From a virus, in the UHGV virus genome UHGV-1368307: 40,871 bases of DNA; one strand, written 5' to 3'. A model generated the notes under the pieces. That model saw nothing but the letters and a program-made list of their open reading frames with translations. It was not told the origin of the DNA and made no database searches. Position numbers and translations under genes: made by a program. Numbering within the stretch: the stretch's first letter is position 1; each line of letters opens with the position of its first letter. Below are positions 8,434 to 17,487 of the stretch, piece by piece.

Positions 8434-9738
8434 CTAAGCGGCCTGTTTCAGCGGAGATTGTTCAAAGGAAATATCGGGGAATACGTGGTTATGCAGTTCT
8501 CTCAGGGCCAGAGCCTGAACAGCAGGATTGCTGCTTTCGAGATTTTTCAGTTGCGTCAGATTGAGCTGAACGGTGTAAATGTCACCCCCTTCAATCGGTG
8601 GCATATTCTCAAGACGGCGCACGTCATTGCGGGACATCCACCCATTCTGGAGAGCGCTGGTATAGTACGCAGCACGGCCCGCGCTGTCGGCGCGCAGCAG
8701 TCCTTCTACAGAGAACTCTGCGAACACCTCATCATCGCTGTCCAGCAGGCACCGTCCTATTTCCTGCTCTATGTTCACCAACAGGGGTCGCAGGGTATGT
8801 GTCAGGAACTGGAGGTTCATGCCCTCCAGACTGGATGCCCAGCTGCTTTGCTTCGTGGTGTGACCGACCATGAAAGGCGGAACGCGAAACCAGCGACAGA
8901 TTTCCTCAATACTGAAAGAGCGGCTTTCCAGCATCTGGGCGTCTTCGGGATTCATGGTGACGCCTTGGTACTTCAATCCACCTTCAAGCACCATGATTTT
9001 CCCGGCGTTTTTTGAACCGGTAAATGCAGCCATGTAGCTGCGAAGTCTTTCACGTTGTTCGTCAGACAGCGCATTCTCAGCGGAGAGAAAACCTGAACTC
9101 TGAAGCCCCTGTTCAAATATCTTCGCAGCAGACTCCTCAACCGCCATTGCAGAACCGATCACATCCCGGCCTGTTTTCATCGGCATCATGCCGCAAACGC
9201 CGTCAAGACCGAACCCGCGAATGTGCATGATGTTTTTGACGGGAATGACGCGCTCGTTACCGTTTTCAGTGTATTTGTATTCCAGCGCCCCGGTCACGAG
9301 ACGTTTAACCACCATGTTCTGCGGCAGCAAAGGCACCAGCGAAACCAGGCGGTTTGCGATGAATTTCTTCTCAATGAAGGCGTTCCCGCGCAGGCAAATA
9401 CTGGCGACCACCATCAACATAAAGCGTGATGGTGTCATTTCTGAATTGGGTCGGCGGCACAGTATCGAATATGCCGGATGATCGGTTGCCGCTTTACGCG
9501 AACCGTCAGGCTGTCGAGTGTATATTTTCAGCGGAAGGGTTGAAATAGACTCGCTTAACAGTCTTACGCATGCCCACACAGCCGATAGCTGGATGGCTTT
9601 ATCGGCCGTTACCACTTTTCCGCTGCTGCTGGTACCAAACCATTCCTCCCAGAACGTGCCGGTAGTCAGGCTGATAGGCACACCAAGCCAGTTAAGCAGA
9701 GCACTTTTAACCCTGCCTGGCCGTTTGTTTTTTTTCAT
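8434..9738 (-). CDS. Portal protein, HK97 family.
   Basis: 434 aa downstream of TerL with ATGA overlap. Portal-type motifs AVWACVRLLSESISTLPL. Confidence 0.85.
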   Translation of the reverse strand: MKKNKRPGRVKSALLNWLGVPISLTTGTFWEEWFGTSSSGKVVTADKAIQLSAVWACVRLLSESISTLPLKIYTRQPDGSRKAATDHPAYSILCRRPNSEMTPSRFMLMVVASICLRGNAFIEKKFIANRLVSLVPLLPQNMVVKRLVTGALEYKYTENGNERVIPVKNIMHIRGFGLDGVCGMMPMKTGRDVIGSAMAVEESAAKIFEQGLQSSGFLSAENALSDEQRERLRSYMAAFTGSKNAGKIMVLEGGLKYQGVTMNPEDAQMLESRSFSIEEICRWFRVPPFMVGHTTKQSSWASSLEGMNLQFLTHTLRPLLVNIEQEIGRCLLDSDDEVFAEFSVEGLLRADSAGRAAYYTSALQNGWMSRNDVRRLENMPPIEGGDIYTVQLNLTQLKNLESSNPAVQALALRELHNHVFPDISFEQSPLKQAA

Positions 9739-11474
9739 CAGAAACCTACCATGATGGGATTATTGAAGAATCCGGAGAGATCCTGCTGGTCGTTGCCACC
9801 GTTAACCAGAACGCGGCTCATTGCTGTGAACAAGGCCGCAGGGCCATCAATCTTGGCCTCAGGTGTGGACTTATTCGGGAATATGTTCTCGTTCCGGTCC
9901 GGTTTGACGGTTACGTTGGACATCATCCAGTTCATCACTGGGTGATCGCTGTGATGAAAGCGGCCACCGTATACCAGCGCTTCGACCTCTTTCATCGCCT
10001 CAGAGAAATTGCGAACCGTCTGCGGCACTTCCACCAGCGGCAACCCTTCTTCTGCCAGCGCAAGGCTGAACTGCGTCGCACTCCACGGGTCAAAGCCGAT
10101 TTCTTTCAGGCTCTCGCCAGCAACCCACAGCTGTAGCTCTTCCTTAATCTGAGCATGGTCGATTACATCCCCGTCGGTAAGGATCAGCTTGTCCATCCCG
10201 GCCCACTTACGATAGAGCTCTGCCATCTGGCGTGAACATTTCTCAAGGCGTCCTTCCGGTAGCCAGAATTTGAAATCCGCATGAACGTGGCCATCTGGCG
10301 CGCGCCAGACTTTAGCGGCCGCACAGATATCAATTTTGTTTGACAGGTCAACGCCCACCCAGGAGGGATAGGTTTTAAGTTCGTGCTGCGGGGCGATAAA
10401 CTCGCATTTCTCCCATTTCATCATGTCCATCCAGGCTGACTCAGCGGTAACCCAGATATTCATGTGCTTGGTGAAAAAGTTAATTCTGGCCGAAACCTGC
10501 TCTTTCGCCTTTTTAGCCAGGCGGCGCAGGTCATCCCAGCGCTTACAGATACCCAGCCCCGGATTCGCCTTCTGCCAGACTTTTTCATCAAAGGGATCGT
10601 CACCTTCATCTAAGGTGTAGATGATGGCAAAAAACGTATCGTCTTTTACCAGCCCACGCAGCACCTTGATGGCGTAATCACGCAATTCGTAGCAGATGCC
10701 TTCTTTGTTGAAACCGGCGGTGGTGATACCGAAAAGCAGCGATTGCAGACGCGCACCGGTTGCCGTCTCCAGAACGTCCCAGACGTCACGGGTTTTGTGA
10801 GCATGCAGCTCGTCGACGATAGCGCAGTGGATGTTCAGACCATCGAGGTTGTTCGCATCTGATGATAATGGCTCAAACTTGGAGGCCGTTTGCTCCTGGT
10901 AGATAGCGAGCTTGTTGAATTCGAAGATCCGCCCAAGCGTGGCTTTAGCCTTCTTGACCATATTCTTCGCGTCTTCAAAAACAATTCGTGCCTGGTCACG
11001 GGTGGTTGCAGCGGAATAAACCTCCGCACCGCCCTCGCCGTCGGCACCAGCCATATAAAGCCCCACGCCGGAGCAAAGCGTTGATTTGGCATTTTTACGG
11101 GCCACCTCAACATCTGCTGTACGGAAGCGCCGAACCATTACTGGACGACCGCTGCCGTCGTTACGCAAAACGGTTTCTCCCGTTTCCTCGTTAACCAACG
11201 GGATCACGAAACCAAAAATATTAATCAGGATGAAAACGTGCCAGTCCATCAGCTCAATAGGCTGCCCTGCCAGTGCGCCTTTTACGTGAGGTACAAAATT
11301 ATAGAAATTCAGAATGTGCTGCGCGCGCGGTTCACTGAAGAAAATACCGCGCTCTTCGCCGTGTGCCAGATCGTCAAGAAAACGCTGACAGGCAAGGCGC
11401 ACATACTCACAGGCAATAATTTCCCCCGCCACTACCCTCTCGGCGTAGCGGATGCCTTCTGCAACCTTAGCCAT
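9738..11474 (-). CDS. Terminase large subunit (Terminase_1 type).
   Basis: 578 aa with an ATPase region and a C-terminal nuclease region. Confidence 0.9.
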   Translation of the reverse strand: MAKVAEGIRYAERVVAGEIIACEYVRLACQRFLDDLAHGEERGIFFSEPRAQHILNFYNFVPHVKGALAGQPIELMDWHVFILINIFGFVIPLVNEETGETVLRNDGSGRPVMVRRFRTADVEVARKNAKSTLCSGVGLYMAGADGEGGAEVYSAATTRDQARIVFEDAKNMVKKAKATLGRIFEFNKLAIYQEQTASKFEPLSSDANNLDGLNIHCAIVDELHAHKTRDVWDVLETATGARLQSLLFGITTAGFNKEGICYELRDYAIKVLRGLVKDDTFFAIIYTLDEGDDPFDEKVWQKANPGLGICKRWDDLRRLAKKAKEQVSARINFFTKHMNIWVTAESAWMDMMKWEKCEFIAPQHELKTYPSWVGVDLSNKIDICAAAKVWRAPDGHVHADFKFWLPEGRLEKCSRQMAELYRKWAGMDKLILTDGDVIDHAQIKEELQLWVAGESLKEIGFDPWSATQFSLALAEEGLPLVEVPQTVRNFSEAMKEVEALVYGGRFHHSDHPVMNWMMSNVTVKPDRNENIFPNKSTPEAKIDGPAALFTAMSRVLVNGGNDQQDLSGFFNNPIMVGF

Positions 11475-11947
11475 TAATCCCTCGCTTTCATAAACTCGGC
11501 CAGCGGATCAACCGCTTCAGGACCTTTTGCATTCACTTTCGATCGGCTGGCTGGAGTCATGCCGAACTCACCAAGCATGGCACGCAGACGTTTCCAGGCA
11601 TCAGCTTTCATGATGGCGGCGGGGTGAGCCTTGATCAGCACATCCCCGCTCTGCGTTTCGGTCCGGTAGGTGTAGCCCTCAACTTCAAGCGTGTCGCAGT
11701 GATGCCGGTATTCGGTATAGGCCTCAACCAGCAGCTCAAGGGCTCTGGCATCAAGCTGAGACATCACACCGATAGCATCAAGCTCGTCGGCCATCCGTTT
11801 AAACCAGTATTTCCCCTGCTTGTCGAAATGCTTCGGCGTTGGGGGTACCCCTGAAGGGGGTTTTGGTTCGTTCTCATTGATCGGGCGTTTAGATGGGTTA
11901 CCCCTCACCAAACGTAGATGGGTCGGGGTTTTCGGTGGTCCAGACAT
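11474..11947 (-). CDS. Terminase small subunit, P27 family.
   Basis: 157 aa with the N-terminal LRLVRGNPSKRP motif. GGAG RBS. Overlaps the TerL start. Confidence 0.8.
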   Translation of the reverse strand: MSGPPKTPTHLRLVRGNPSKRPINENEPKPPSGVPPTPKHFDKQGKYWFKRMADELDAIGVMSQLDARALELLVEAYTEYRHHCDTLEVEGYTYRTETQSGDVLIKAHPAAIMKADAWKRLRAMLGEFGMTPASRSKVNAKGPEAVDPLAEFMKARD

Positions 11948-12102
11948 AATCGAAAACTCCTATTAATCATCGAGTGAGGGACCCCATAAAAAAGTTTTCT
12001 AACCTGCGGCGATGTGAAAAGAGGTTAGGCGGCGGTCCTTTAGGGTGATTTCCCTGAGGTTTTTACCCGCCCTCCCCCAGACCGCGCAAATGAGAGCAGA
12101 TA
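11948..12102 (-). other. Candidate cos/packaging-site region between the HNH gene and terS.
   Basis: 155-bp non-coding GC-rich segment (ggcggcggtcc, cccgccctccccc) in the position where HK97-like phages carry cos. Confidence 0.25.
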
Positions 12103-12753
12103 TCATTTAACCGACTCATGCACGATTTTCGCCAGTTTCCGGCTCGGGGGACCACTGTTACCAATGCGAGGGCTGAACACCTTACTGATGTCCCAGCCTG
12201 CCTTCAGTCGATACTCAATGGAGTTTCTCGAAATACCCAGGTAATCCGCCCATTCGTTAAGACACATCGTCTTGCCGTGAGCGGTATATCTGCGGTCGGA
12301 GTTCTCTCGCATTGTCTTTCTCATCTTGTCTACGCCTCGCTTCTGATTGCACACAGGGCAACTTGGCACAAGATTGTCAGGCTCGTTATTGGTCTTACAG
12401 TCATCGAGGTGGTCGATGTGAAGGGTGTCCCAGCCAACGGTTTTTGCACACCAGTGACAACGGAACGGTCCAGCCCCATGTTTGTCGTAATAGACTTTCC
12501 GGTGCTCGTAAACACGAGGACTCCCACATGCCAAAGGATGATCGGGCGCATACACCAGCAGATATCCGCCAGTGTGCTCCAGCTTGCCATCCTTTCTTGT
12601 GCTGAGCTTCTCTGTCGTTCCATGACGCCGGACGCGCATGTAATGCTTTTCACAGTAGTGGCTGTTACGGGATCGTACCGATAATTCGCATCCATCCACA
12701 ATGCAGGCAGCATGGGCGTGCGGAAGCCCTGAACCATGTTTCGATTCAGTCAT
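12103..12753 (-). CDS. HNH endonuclease with an N-terminal Cys/His zinc motif and a C-terminal HTH-like tail. Start ATG at 12753.
   Basis: HIDHLDDCKTNNEPDNLVPSCPVCN HNH core. CxxC...CxxHY...RRHG N-terminal motif shared with the 13699..14265 protein. GAGGTGAAG RBS. Confidence 0.75.
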   Translation of the reverse strand: MTESKHGSGLPHAHAACIVDGCELSVRSRNSHYCEKHYMRVRRHGTTEKLSTRKDGKLEHTGGYLLVYAPDHPLACGSPRVYEHRKVYYDKHGAGPFRCHWCAKTVGWDTLHIDHLDDCKTNNEPDNLVPSCPVCNQKRGVDKMRKTMRENSDRRYTAHGKTMCLNEWADYLGISRNSIEYRLKAGWDISKVFSPRIGNSGPPSRKLAKIVHESVK

Positions 12754-12767
12754 CTTCACCTCGTTAC

Positions 12768-13124
12768 TTAATTTCTGTTCAGGCGCTCGCGTGCTGTCTT
12801 AGCTTTATGGCAGCCGCGGCAAATTGATTCCAGATTAGAAAGATCGTCAGTGCCACCGTGAGCTTTCGGCTTTATGTGGTCCACCGTCTCAGCGGGTGTA
12901 TACCTTCCATTTCGCAGGCATTCCTGACAAAGGTGTTTATCTCTGTCGAGAACGATTGGACGCAGCCTGTCCCACTTGCTGCCATAACCTCGCTGATGCC
13001 TGCTCTGTCCTCGCTGATGCTGCTGCCAGCCTTCGTTAAGGTGCTGGGGACAATAGCCTGAGCGGTCTGTGGTTGTGCCAGGACAGCCACGCTTGCGGCA
13101 TGCTCTCGGTATTAACGCAGGCAT
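12768..13124 (-). CDS. Terminase-associated HNH endonuclease. Start ATG at 13124 in a TGATG overlap with the upstream stop.
   Basis: RGYGSKWDRLRPIVLDRDKHLCQECL...VDHIKPKAHGGTDDLSNLESICRGCH is the classic small HNH found next to terminase genes in HK97-like phages. Confidence 0.85.
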   Translation of the reverse strand: MPALIPRACRKRGCPGTTTDRSGYCPQHLNEGWQQHQRGQSRHQRGYGSKWDRLRPIVLDRDKHLCQECLRNGRYTPAETVDHIKPKAHGGTDDLSNLESICRGCHKAKTARERLNRN

Positions 13125-13702
13125 CAGGCTAACCTCCACGCCCGGCGGCGTTCTGTACGTGGCGCTGAGTCAGGGTGACGCTCAACAGGCTCACCATCAG
13201 CATGATCCACCAGCGAGTAACACGGATAAACCACCGCGCCGCCATAGGCATCCCCGACTGCATAGTCGGCTGGCTTACTGCTGTCCCATCGAGAAAGGAC
13301 TCGTTCAATATGCTGAGGCGGTACGCTGTAGCACACGCCGTGTATAAGGCGCGGCAGCGTGATGAAGTCAGCGCGAGTCTTATCAGCCACTATTAGCCGC
13401 TCAGCAATCTGCATCTGATACTGCGGCGGTCGTCCGGTACCGAGATAAAAGCTCAGCATATCGTCAGGGAAGTGCGCCAGCCAGTCCTGAGCCTTATCAC
13501 GAAAACCATCAACGGGTAATGCATCCTCTTCGATGATAATCACTCTATCTGACTGCTCAGCGGCCCAACGAAGAGCACGAAGATGGGTTGCATTTGCACC
13601 AACCCCAACCTCGTCAACTAACATGTGATGGGCGTCAATAGAGGAATAAAGGCGTTGTGCTAAATCTCTCCGAGAATGATGGGATACGATGATTATTTTC
13701 AA
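13124..13702 (-). CDS. Putative GT-A fold glycosyltransferase, family-25-like. TTG start overlaps the upstream stop.
   Basis: MKIIIVSHHSRRD N-terminal strand and RALRWAAEQSDRVIIIEEDA resemble the GT25 pattern (I.VI.L..S..RR ... SH..LW...ILEDDA). Translationally coupled on both sides to HNH genes. Confidence 0.4.
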   Translation of the reverse strand: MKIIIVSHHSRRDLAQRLYSSIDAHHMLVDEVGVGANATHLRALRWAAEQSDRVIIIEEDALPVDGFRDKAQDWLAHFPDDMLSFYLGTGRPPQYQMQIAERLIVADKTRADFITLPRLIHGVCYSVPPQHIERVLSRWDSSKPADYAVGDAYGGAVVYPCYSLVDHADGEPVERHPDSAPRTERRRAWRLA

Positions 13703-14265
13703 GAAAGCCCCCTGAAATCACCGAATAATTTTGCACGCAACCGCTCGGCAGCTACAGTTGCATCTGCGACACTCTCAAAAACTCCGCCGTAATGAGTTTT
13801 GCCTTGATAATGAACCCTTACCTGATACTTTCCCCTTTTGAGGTAAATATTTCTCAGTCCTGTACTGCTATTTCGGTTAGCACCAGAGCGATTACTTTGG
13901 TTTTCATGGTTCGTCGCCAATCGCAAGTGAGCGATATTTAAGCACGCGCGGTTATGACACTTATGGTCAATAATCATTCCATCAGGAATTAGACCGTAAG
14001 CTCTCTCCCAAACATATCGGTGAGCCCGCATAACCACACCGTTTACATTAATGTGCCCATAACCATTTGCATTTATGTGCCCAGTCCAGATCATGCAACC
14101 ATCAACGTTAATTGTTCGATTGCTTACTGCATCGTCAGCGTTTATTGATACTTTTCTTGCGGGGAGCTGTTCACCACTACGCCTTTTCCTATCGTAGTGA
14201 CGCTGGCAAAGAGATCTGCACTTAACTGGATTATCACACTCAGCTACTGAGCATATTCCAACCAT
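13699..14265 (-). CDS. HNH (HNH_3) homing-type endonuclease with a C-terminal AP2 DNA-binding domain.
   Basis: DHKCHNRACLNIAHLRLATNHENQSN HNH_3 core. GLRNIYLKRGKYQVRVHYQGKTHYGGVFESVADATVAAERL AP2 domain. GGAGA RBS. Confidence 0.75.
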   Translation of the reverse strand: MVGICSVAECDNPVKCRSLCQRHYDRKRRSGEQLPARKVSINADDAVSNRTINVDGCMIWTGHINANGYGHINVNGVVMRAHRYVWERAYGLIPDGMIIDHKCHNRACLNIAHLRLATNHENQSNRSGANRNSSTGLRNIYLKRGKYQVRVHYQGKTHYGGVFESVADATVAAERLRAKLFGDFRGLS

Positions 14266-14287
14266 TGAAATCTCCAGACTACAGGTA

Positions 14288-14312
14288 ATAAAAAAGCCGC
14301 ACGATGGCGGCT
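14288..14312 (-). terminator. Rho-independent terminator closing the cargo cassette.
   Basis: agccgc-acgatg-gcggct hairpin followed on the minus strand by T8. Confidence 0.5.
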
Positions 14313-14442
14313 ACTGTCTAAATATCAGGGTGTTGCTTCGTTTTAACCCTGGTTAAGGTAAGCATTCAGCCCGTCAGTGGTTGGACACTGGCGCACTCTG
14401 TCGCGGGGGGATGGCTGATTACCTCCGAAAAGGAAAATACCC

Positions 14443-14700
14443 ATGGGTTCCATGTCAGAACTGGAAAAAGCAGTTGCAGATTTACAACGTGAATTAAAGA
14501 TTGAAAAAGCCACCAATAAACTGGTTTTTTCTTTGATTATTGAAGCTGTTAACAAGCTGTCACCAAAACAGAATGTTGGGGACGTTCTGATGGATGTACT
14601 GAAGGAGGTTACACCGCCTGAAATTTCATCTGCCCCAGATGCTCACGAAGCGATTAAGAGAGTTGAGAAAATAATTCAGAAGAAGCAACCGCGTTCGTAA
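14443..14700 (+). CDS. Small coiled-coil protein of 85 aa on the strand opposite the late operon.
   Basis: AAGGAA RBS 8 nt upstream of the ATG. Overlaps the 3-prime end of the convergent 14654..14989 gene by 47 nt. Confidence 0.3.
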   Translation: MGSMSELEKAVADLQRELKIEKATNKLVFSLIIEAVNKLSPKQNVGDVLMDVLKEVTPPEISSAPDAHEAIKRVEKIIQKKQPRS

Positions 14701-14989
14701 CTTCCTGAATTAAATCGTCAGCGGCTCGGTGCTGAGCCGCATTCACAATCTGATCGATTACAGTTTTCGCGTGAGTTTCAGCGCGCTGCTTGTAACCTTC
14801 AAGAGTAAAGTCTGCTGTAATGTCTTCACGATAAGGTACAGTCAGCATAGTTTTCTTATCGAGCTGTACTTTAACATCACCACCAATAGCATCAGTCACC
14901 ATGGTTTTCGGAAATCCAGATGCATTTAAGCCGTCAATTTTTAAACTTACAGATTTTTGGGTCGGGAACTCAACCTCATACGAAATCAT
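14654..14989 (-). CDS. Hypothetical 111-aa protein, last gene of the glycosyltransferase cassette.
   Basis: AGGAGGTCTT RBS. Start lies 12 nt after the GT gene stop. Confidence 0.55.
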   Translation of the reverse strand: MISYEVEFPTQKSVSLKIDGLNASGFPKTMVTDAIGGDVKVQLDKKTMLTVPYREDITADFTLEGYKQRAETHAKTVIDQIVNAAQHRAADDLIQEVTNAVASSELFSQLS

Positions 14990-15000
14990 AAGACCTCCTG

Positions 15001-16458
15001 TTATTTATGGCGCCACCAGGCATTTTCTTTGCCGATGCCCCCAGTTTTGAACACCGTGTGAACCAGTGGGCCGGTGACCAGCCTGTCAGCGAATGACTGC
15101 GCAACAATGCCAAAAGCGATCATATCCCCCACCGCGGCGCCAGCCTGTTCTTTCTTCCAGAAACGATAACTCTCGATCCGGTAGTAAAGACGGATGATGC
15201 CGTGAGCGAACGCCATTACATCAGCGCGGGTGCCGCCCAGCAGCCCAGCGTTAAGCATCACATCGTTGCGGTGTTCTTCAATAAACTCCTGATAGATGCG
15301 CTCCGGATGATTCTGCTTTGCCCAGGTATCGGCGTATGTCTTCGGTTCTGAACCGACATACACCTTCCCGGGTTCCATTTCTTCCCACGGCGCGCGAAGC
15401 ATTTCGACATCGGTACCATCAGTACACCAGACGAACCGGTATTCAGGGTGATCGTGCAGGTGCTGCCAGATGTGCAGCCAGCGACGAAAGTAGACATTCA
15501 TCTTCACGTCAGGGACGCGGTACAGCTCAACGTCTGCCGGTGCCGTATGCAGCTCATCCACCAGCGCAATACGTCCACAATTCCGAAGCGATGCCGCCCA
15601 CCTGGTCAGCATGTCAGGAGAGGCGGTCATTTTCGTACCGCGCTGCGGGTCGGGCTGACTAGTCAGTAGCGTAGTGATAACCACGTCTCGCTGCTGGCGG
15701 TATTCAACGTAACCGGTAAACTCGGCATCACGCCGTTCGTTGTGAATTTTAACGTTACGTTCCACCAGCGCCTGCCTGTCTGGTTTCGGTACCGAACGCT
15801 CCACTGCCTCATGCTCATCGAGAGAATGAATCAGCTTTTCTGAACCGACGACATCAGCGTAAGCCCACGTAGTCAGTCCTGCGTTATGGATGCGCAAGGC
15901 GAGGTCGCTGTGCTCGTACATGCCGCGACCATAAACCGGATCGAATCCGCCCACCTTCTCGATGGCACTGCGGTGGTAGTACAGCATCACGCCGCGCTGC
16001 CCGGTGTACGCCACATGCTGATTGTCACGGTAAAGCACCGAAAGGTCATTGAGCTTATTCCGGCCAGCAAGATCGAGAAACTGGTAAGCCAGGTGCGGTT
16101 CAGGTGATTCGATGTAAGGGAGGTGCCAGTTATCAGCGATGGGCCAGGCGTCATCGTCCCACAGGAAGAGATGCTCACACCCGGCGTCCATCAGGGCTGA
16201 CAGGCTGGTGTTCTTCGAAGCAACAATGCCGAGTGATGTTTCATGTCGATGCAGCTGAACGCCGTGGGGAACTACAGCTGCAGGTTTTGAACCATCATCG
16301 ACCACCACCACCAGCGCACCGGCGGGAAGATGCTTCATGTGCTGTTCGAGTGCTCGTTTTAATACGTCTGCGCGCTGATGTGTCGAAATGGCAATGCCGA
16401 TCCGGGATGAAACGACGCTGGCGGGAGCGTATGGGACACCATCAATAGTGACCTGCAT
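15001..16458 (-). CDS. Two-domain glycosyltransferase: N-terminal GT2 (GT-A) domain plus a C-terminal domain of about 230 aa that looks like a second sugar-transferase-like domain.
   Basis: IAISTHQRADVL, VVVVDDGS, LFLWDDDAWP (DxD) and EKVGGFDPVY are GT2 hallmarks. The C-terminal half has VWCTDGTDV and MLNAGLLGGTR. GGGAGG RBS. Confidence 0.65.
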   Translation of the reverse strand: MQVTIDGVPYAPASVVSSRIGIAISTHQRADVLKRALEQHMKHLPAGALVVVVDDGSKPAAVVPHGVQLHRHETSLGIVASKNTSLSALMDAGCEHLFLWDDDAWPIADNWHLPYIESPEPHLAYQFLDLAGRNKLNDLSVLYRDNQHVAYTGQRGVMLYYHRSAIEKVGGFDPVYGRGMYEHSDLALRIHNAGLTTWAYADVVGSEKLIHSLDEHEAVERSVPKPDRQALVERNVKIHNERRDAEFTGYVEYRQQRDVVITTLLTSQPDPQRGTKMTASPDMLTRWAASLRNCGRIALVDELHTAPADVELYRVPDVKMNVYFRRWLHIWQHLHDHPEYRFVWCTDGTDVEMLRAPWEEMEPGKVYVGSEPKTYADTWAKQNHPERIYQEFIEEHRNDVMLNAGLLGGTRADVMAFAHGIIRLYYRIESYRFWKKEQAGAAVGDMIAFGIVAQSFADRLVTGPLVHTVFKTGGIGKENAWWRHK

Positions 16459-16469
16459 AAAACCTCCCG

Positions 16470-17189
16470 TCAGATTCCACGCCGTAAGGAAGTCCAGATC
16501 GCACCGCCTGGCTGCATAGCTTTTTGAATAGTTTCGTCCACAACCTTTTTGATGGACTGCTGTAAGGCGGTCTCTAACGCGTTTTGGTGATTGGCGGCAA
16601 CCGCAAGCTTTTCAGCCAAAATCTTCACGCGGCTTTTACCATCGTCAACATCAAGTGCCATGCCAGCTTCGTGCTGTTTACCCTTGTCGGTGACGTTCAC
16701 GTTCAATTTCACGTTATACCCCGTAGACAATACGCCATCTCCGATTAGCGCCTTGTGGATGTAAGCCTGGCCAGCTTTATCGACGAACCAGCCCCATTCG
16801 AGGCCTTCAACTGAGCCGTGGTTGCGGGTTTCTTCTCGCGGATCGTCTACAGGGCTGCCGATGTAACCACCGGAGAAATTAACTGGCAGGCTATCCCATG
16901 ACGTTGGCACTCCGTCATCATCTACTTGCAGTGCCACTAATTTATAACCGTCGGGCACCATGATTTTTTGAGAGCTTTTGAATGGTGAATCTGTGTAGCC
17001 AGTAAAGGTGATAGCCCCAACGTTGAAGCCCTCAAAGATAGTCCCGGAGTGCCAGTCAGGTTTAACGGCATAAAGATGCACACGGCATTTATCACCATGC
17101 TCAATCCGGTTCCCGGCGCCGTCGGTGGTGACGGTTCCTAAAGAGGGAAGCGTTACTGTTACTTCACAAACTTGATATGTCTGAGACAT
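16470..17189 (-). CDS. Hypothetical 239-aa protein: beta-rich N-terminal part and a coiled-coil C-terminus. First gene of the cassette.
   Basis: AAGGAA RBS. Preceded by a structured leader (9-bp long-range stem at 17207..17260) and a terminator. Confidence 0.55.
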   Translation of the reverse strand: MSQTYQVCEVTVTLPSLGTVTTDGAGNRIEHGDKCRVHLYAVKPDWHSGTIFEGFNVGAITFTGYTDSPFKSSQKIMVPDGYKLVALQVDDDGVPTSWDSLPVNFSGGYIGSPVDDPREETRNHGSVEGLEWGWFVDKAGQAYIHKALIGDGVLSTGYNVKLNVNVTDKGKQHEAGMALDVDDGKSRVKILAEKLAVAANHQNALETALQQSIKKVVDETIQKAMQPGGAIWTSLRRGI

Positions 17190-17206
17190 GTTATTTCCTT
17201 TTAGGC

Positions 17207-17260
17207 GTGAGCCTGTCGCACGGCAAAGCCGCCGAAAGTTAACGGTTTACCCAGGCTCAC
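17207..17260 (-). promoter_or_regulatory. Structured 5-prime leader: perfect 9-bp stem gtgagcctg/caggctcac enclosing a 36-nt loop, immediately upstream of the RBS of the 16470..17189 gene.
   Basis: Inverted repeat seen directly in the sequence. Confidence 0.4.
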
Positions 17261-17300
17261 AGCTGAAAGACTTTCTTTGATGTGCGCGTGCGATGCGCAT

Positions 17301-17329
17301 AAAAAAAGCCACCAGCGGATGCCAATGGC
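17301..17329 (-). terminator. Rho-independent terminator after the lysis cassette and the acidic protein gene.
   Basis: gccattgg-catccgc-tggtggc hairpin (7 bp including G-U pairs) followed by T7 on the minus strand. Confidence 0.45.
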
Positions 17330-17487
17330 TTGAATAGATGTGGTGGCGGGTGCTGATCTCCCGCTTTGCGGCTTAACGATCTAGGTCTGCGGTGCCACAA
17401 GAACGACCGGTCACGCCAATCAGCCTTGGCTACTCCCCCACAAATTCGACATTATCACAGGCACTCAGTGAATGCCTGCTGTAATGG

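Noticed and set aside
8296-9015. 239-aa plus-strand ORF.
   Set aside because: Antisense to the protease/portal junction. It has no RBS and is GC-driven open frame.
12118-12737. ORFs 12118..12684 (+), 12312..12605 (+), 12330..12737 (-).
   Set aside because: They overlap the well-supported HNH gene 12103..12753 in other frames or on the other strand.
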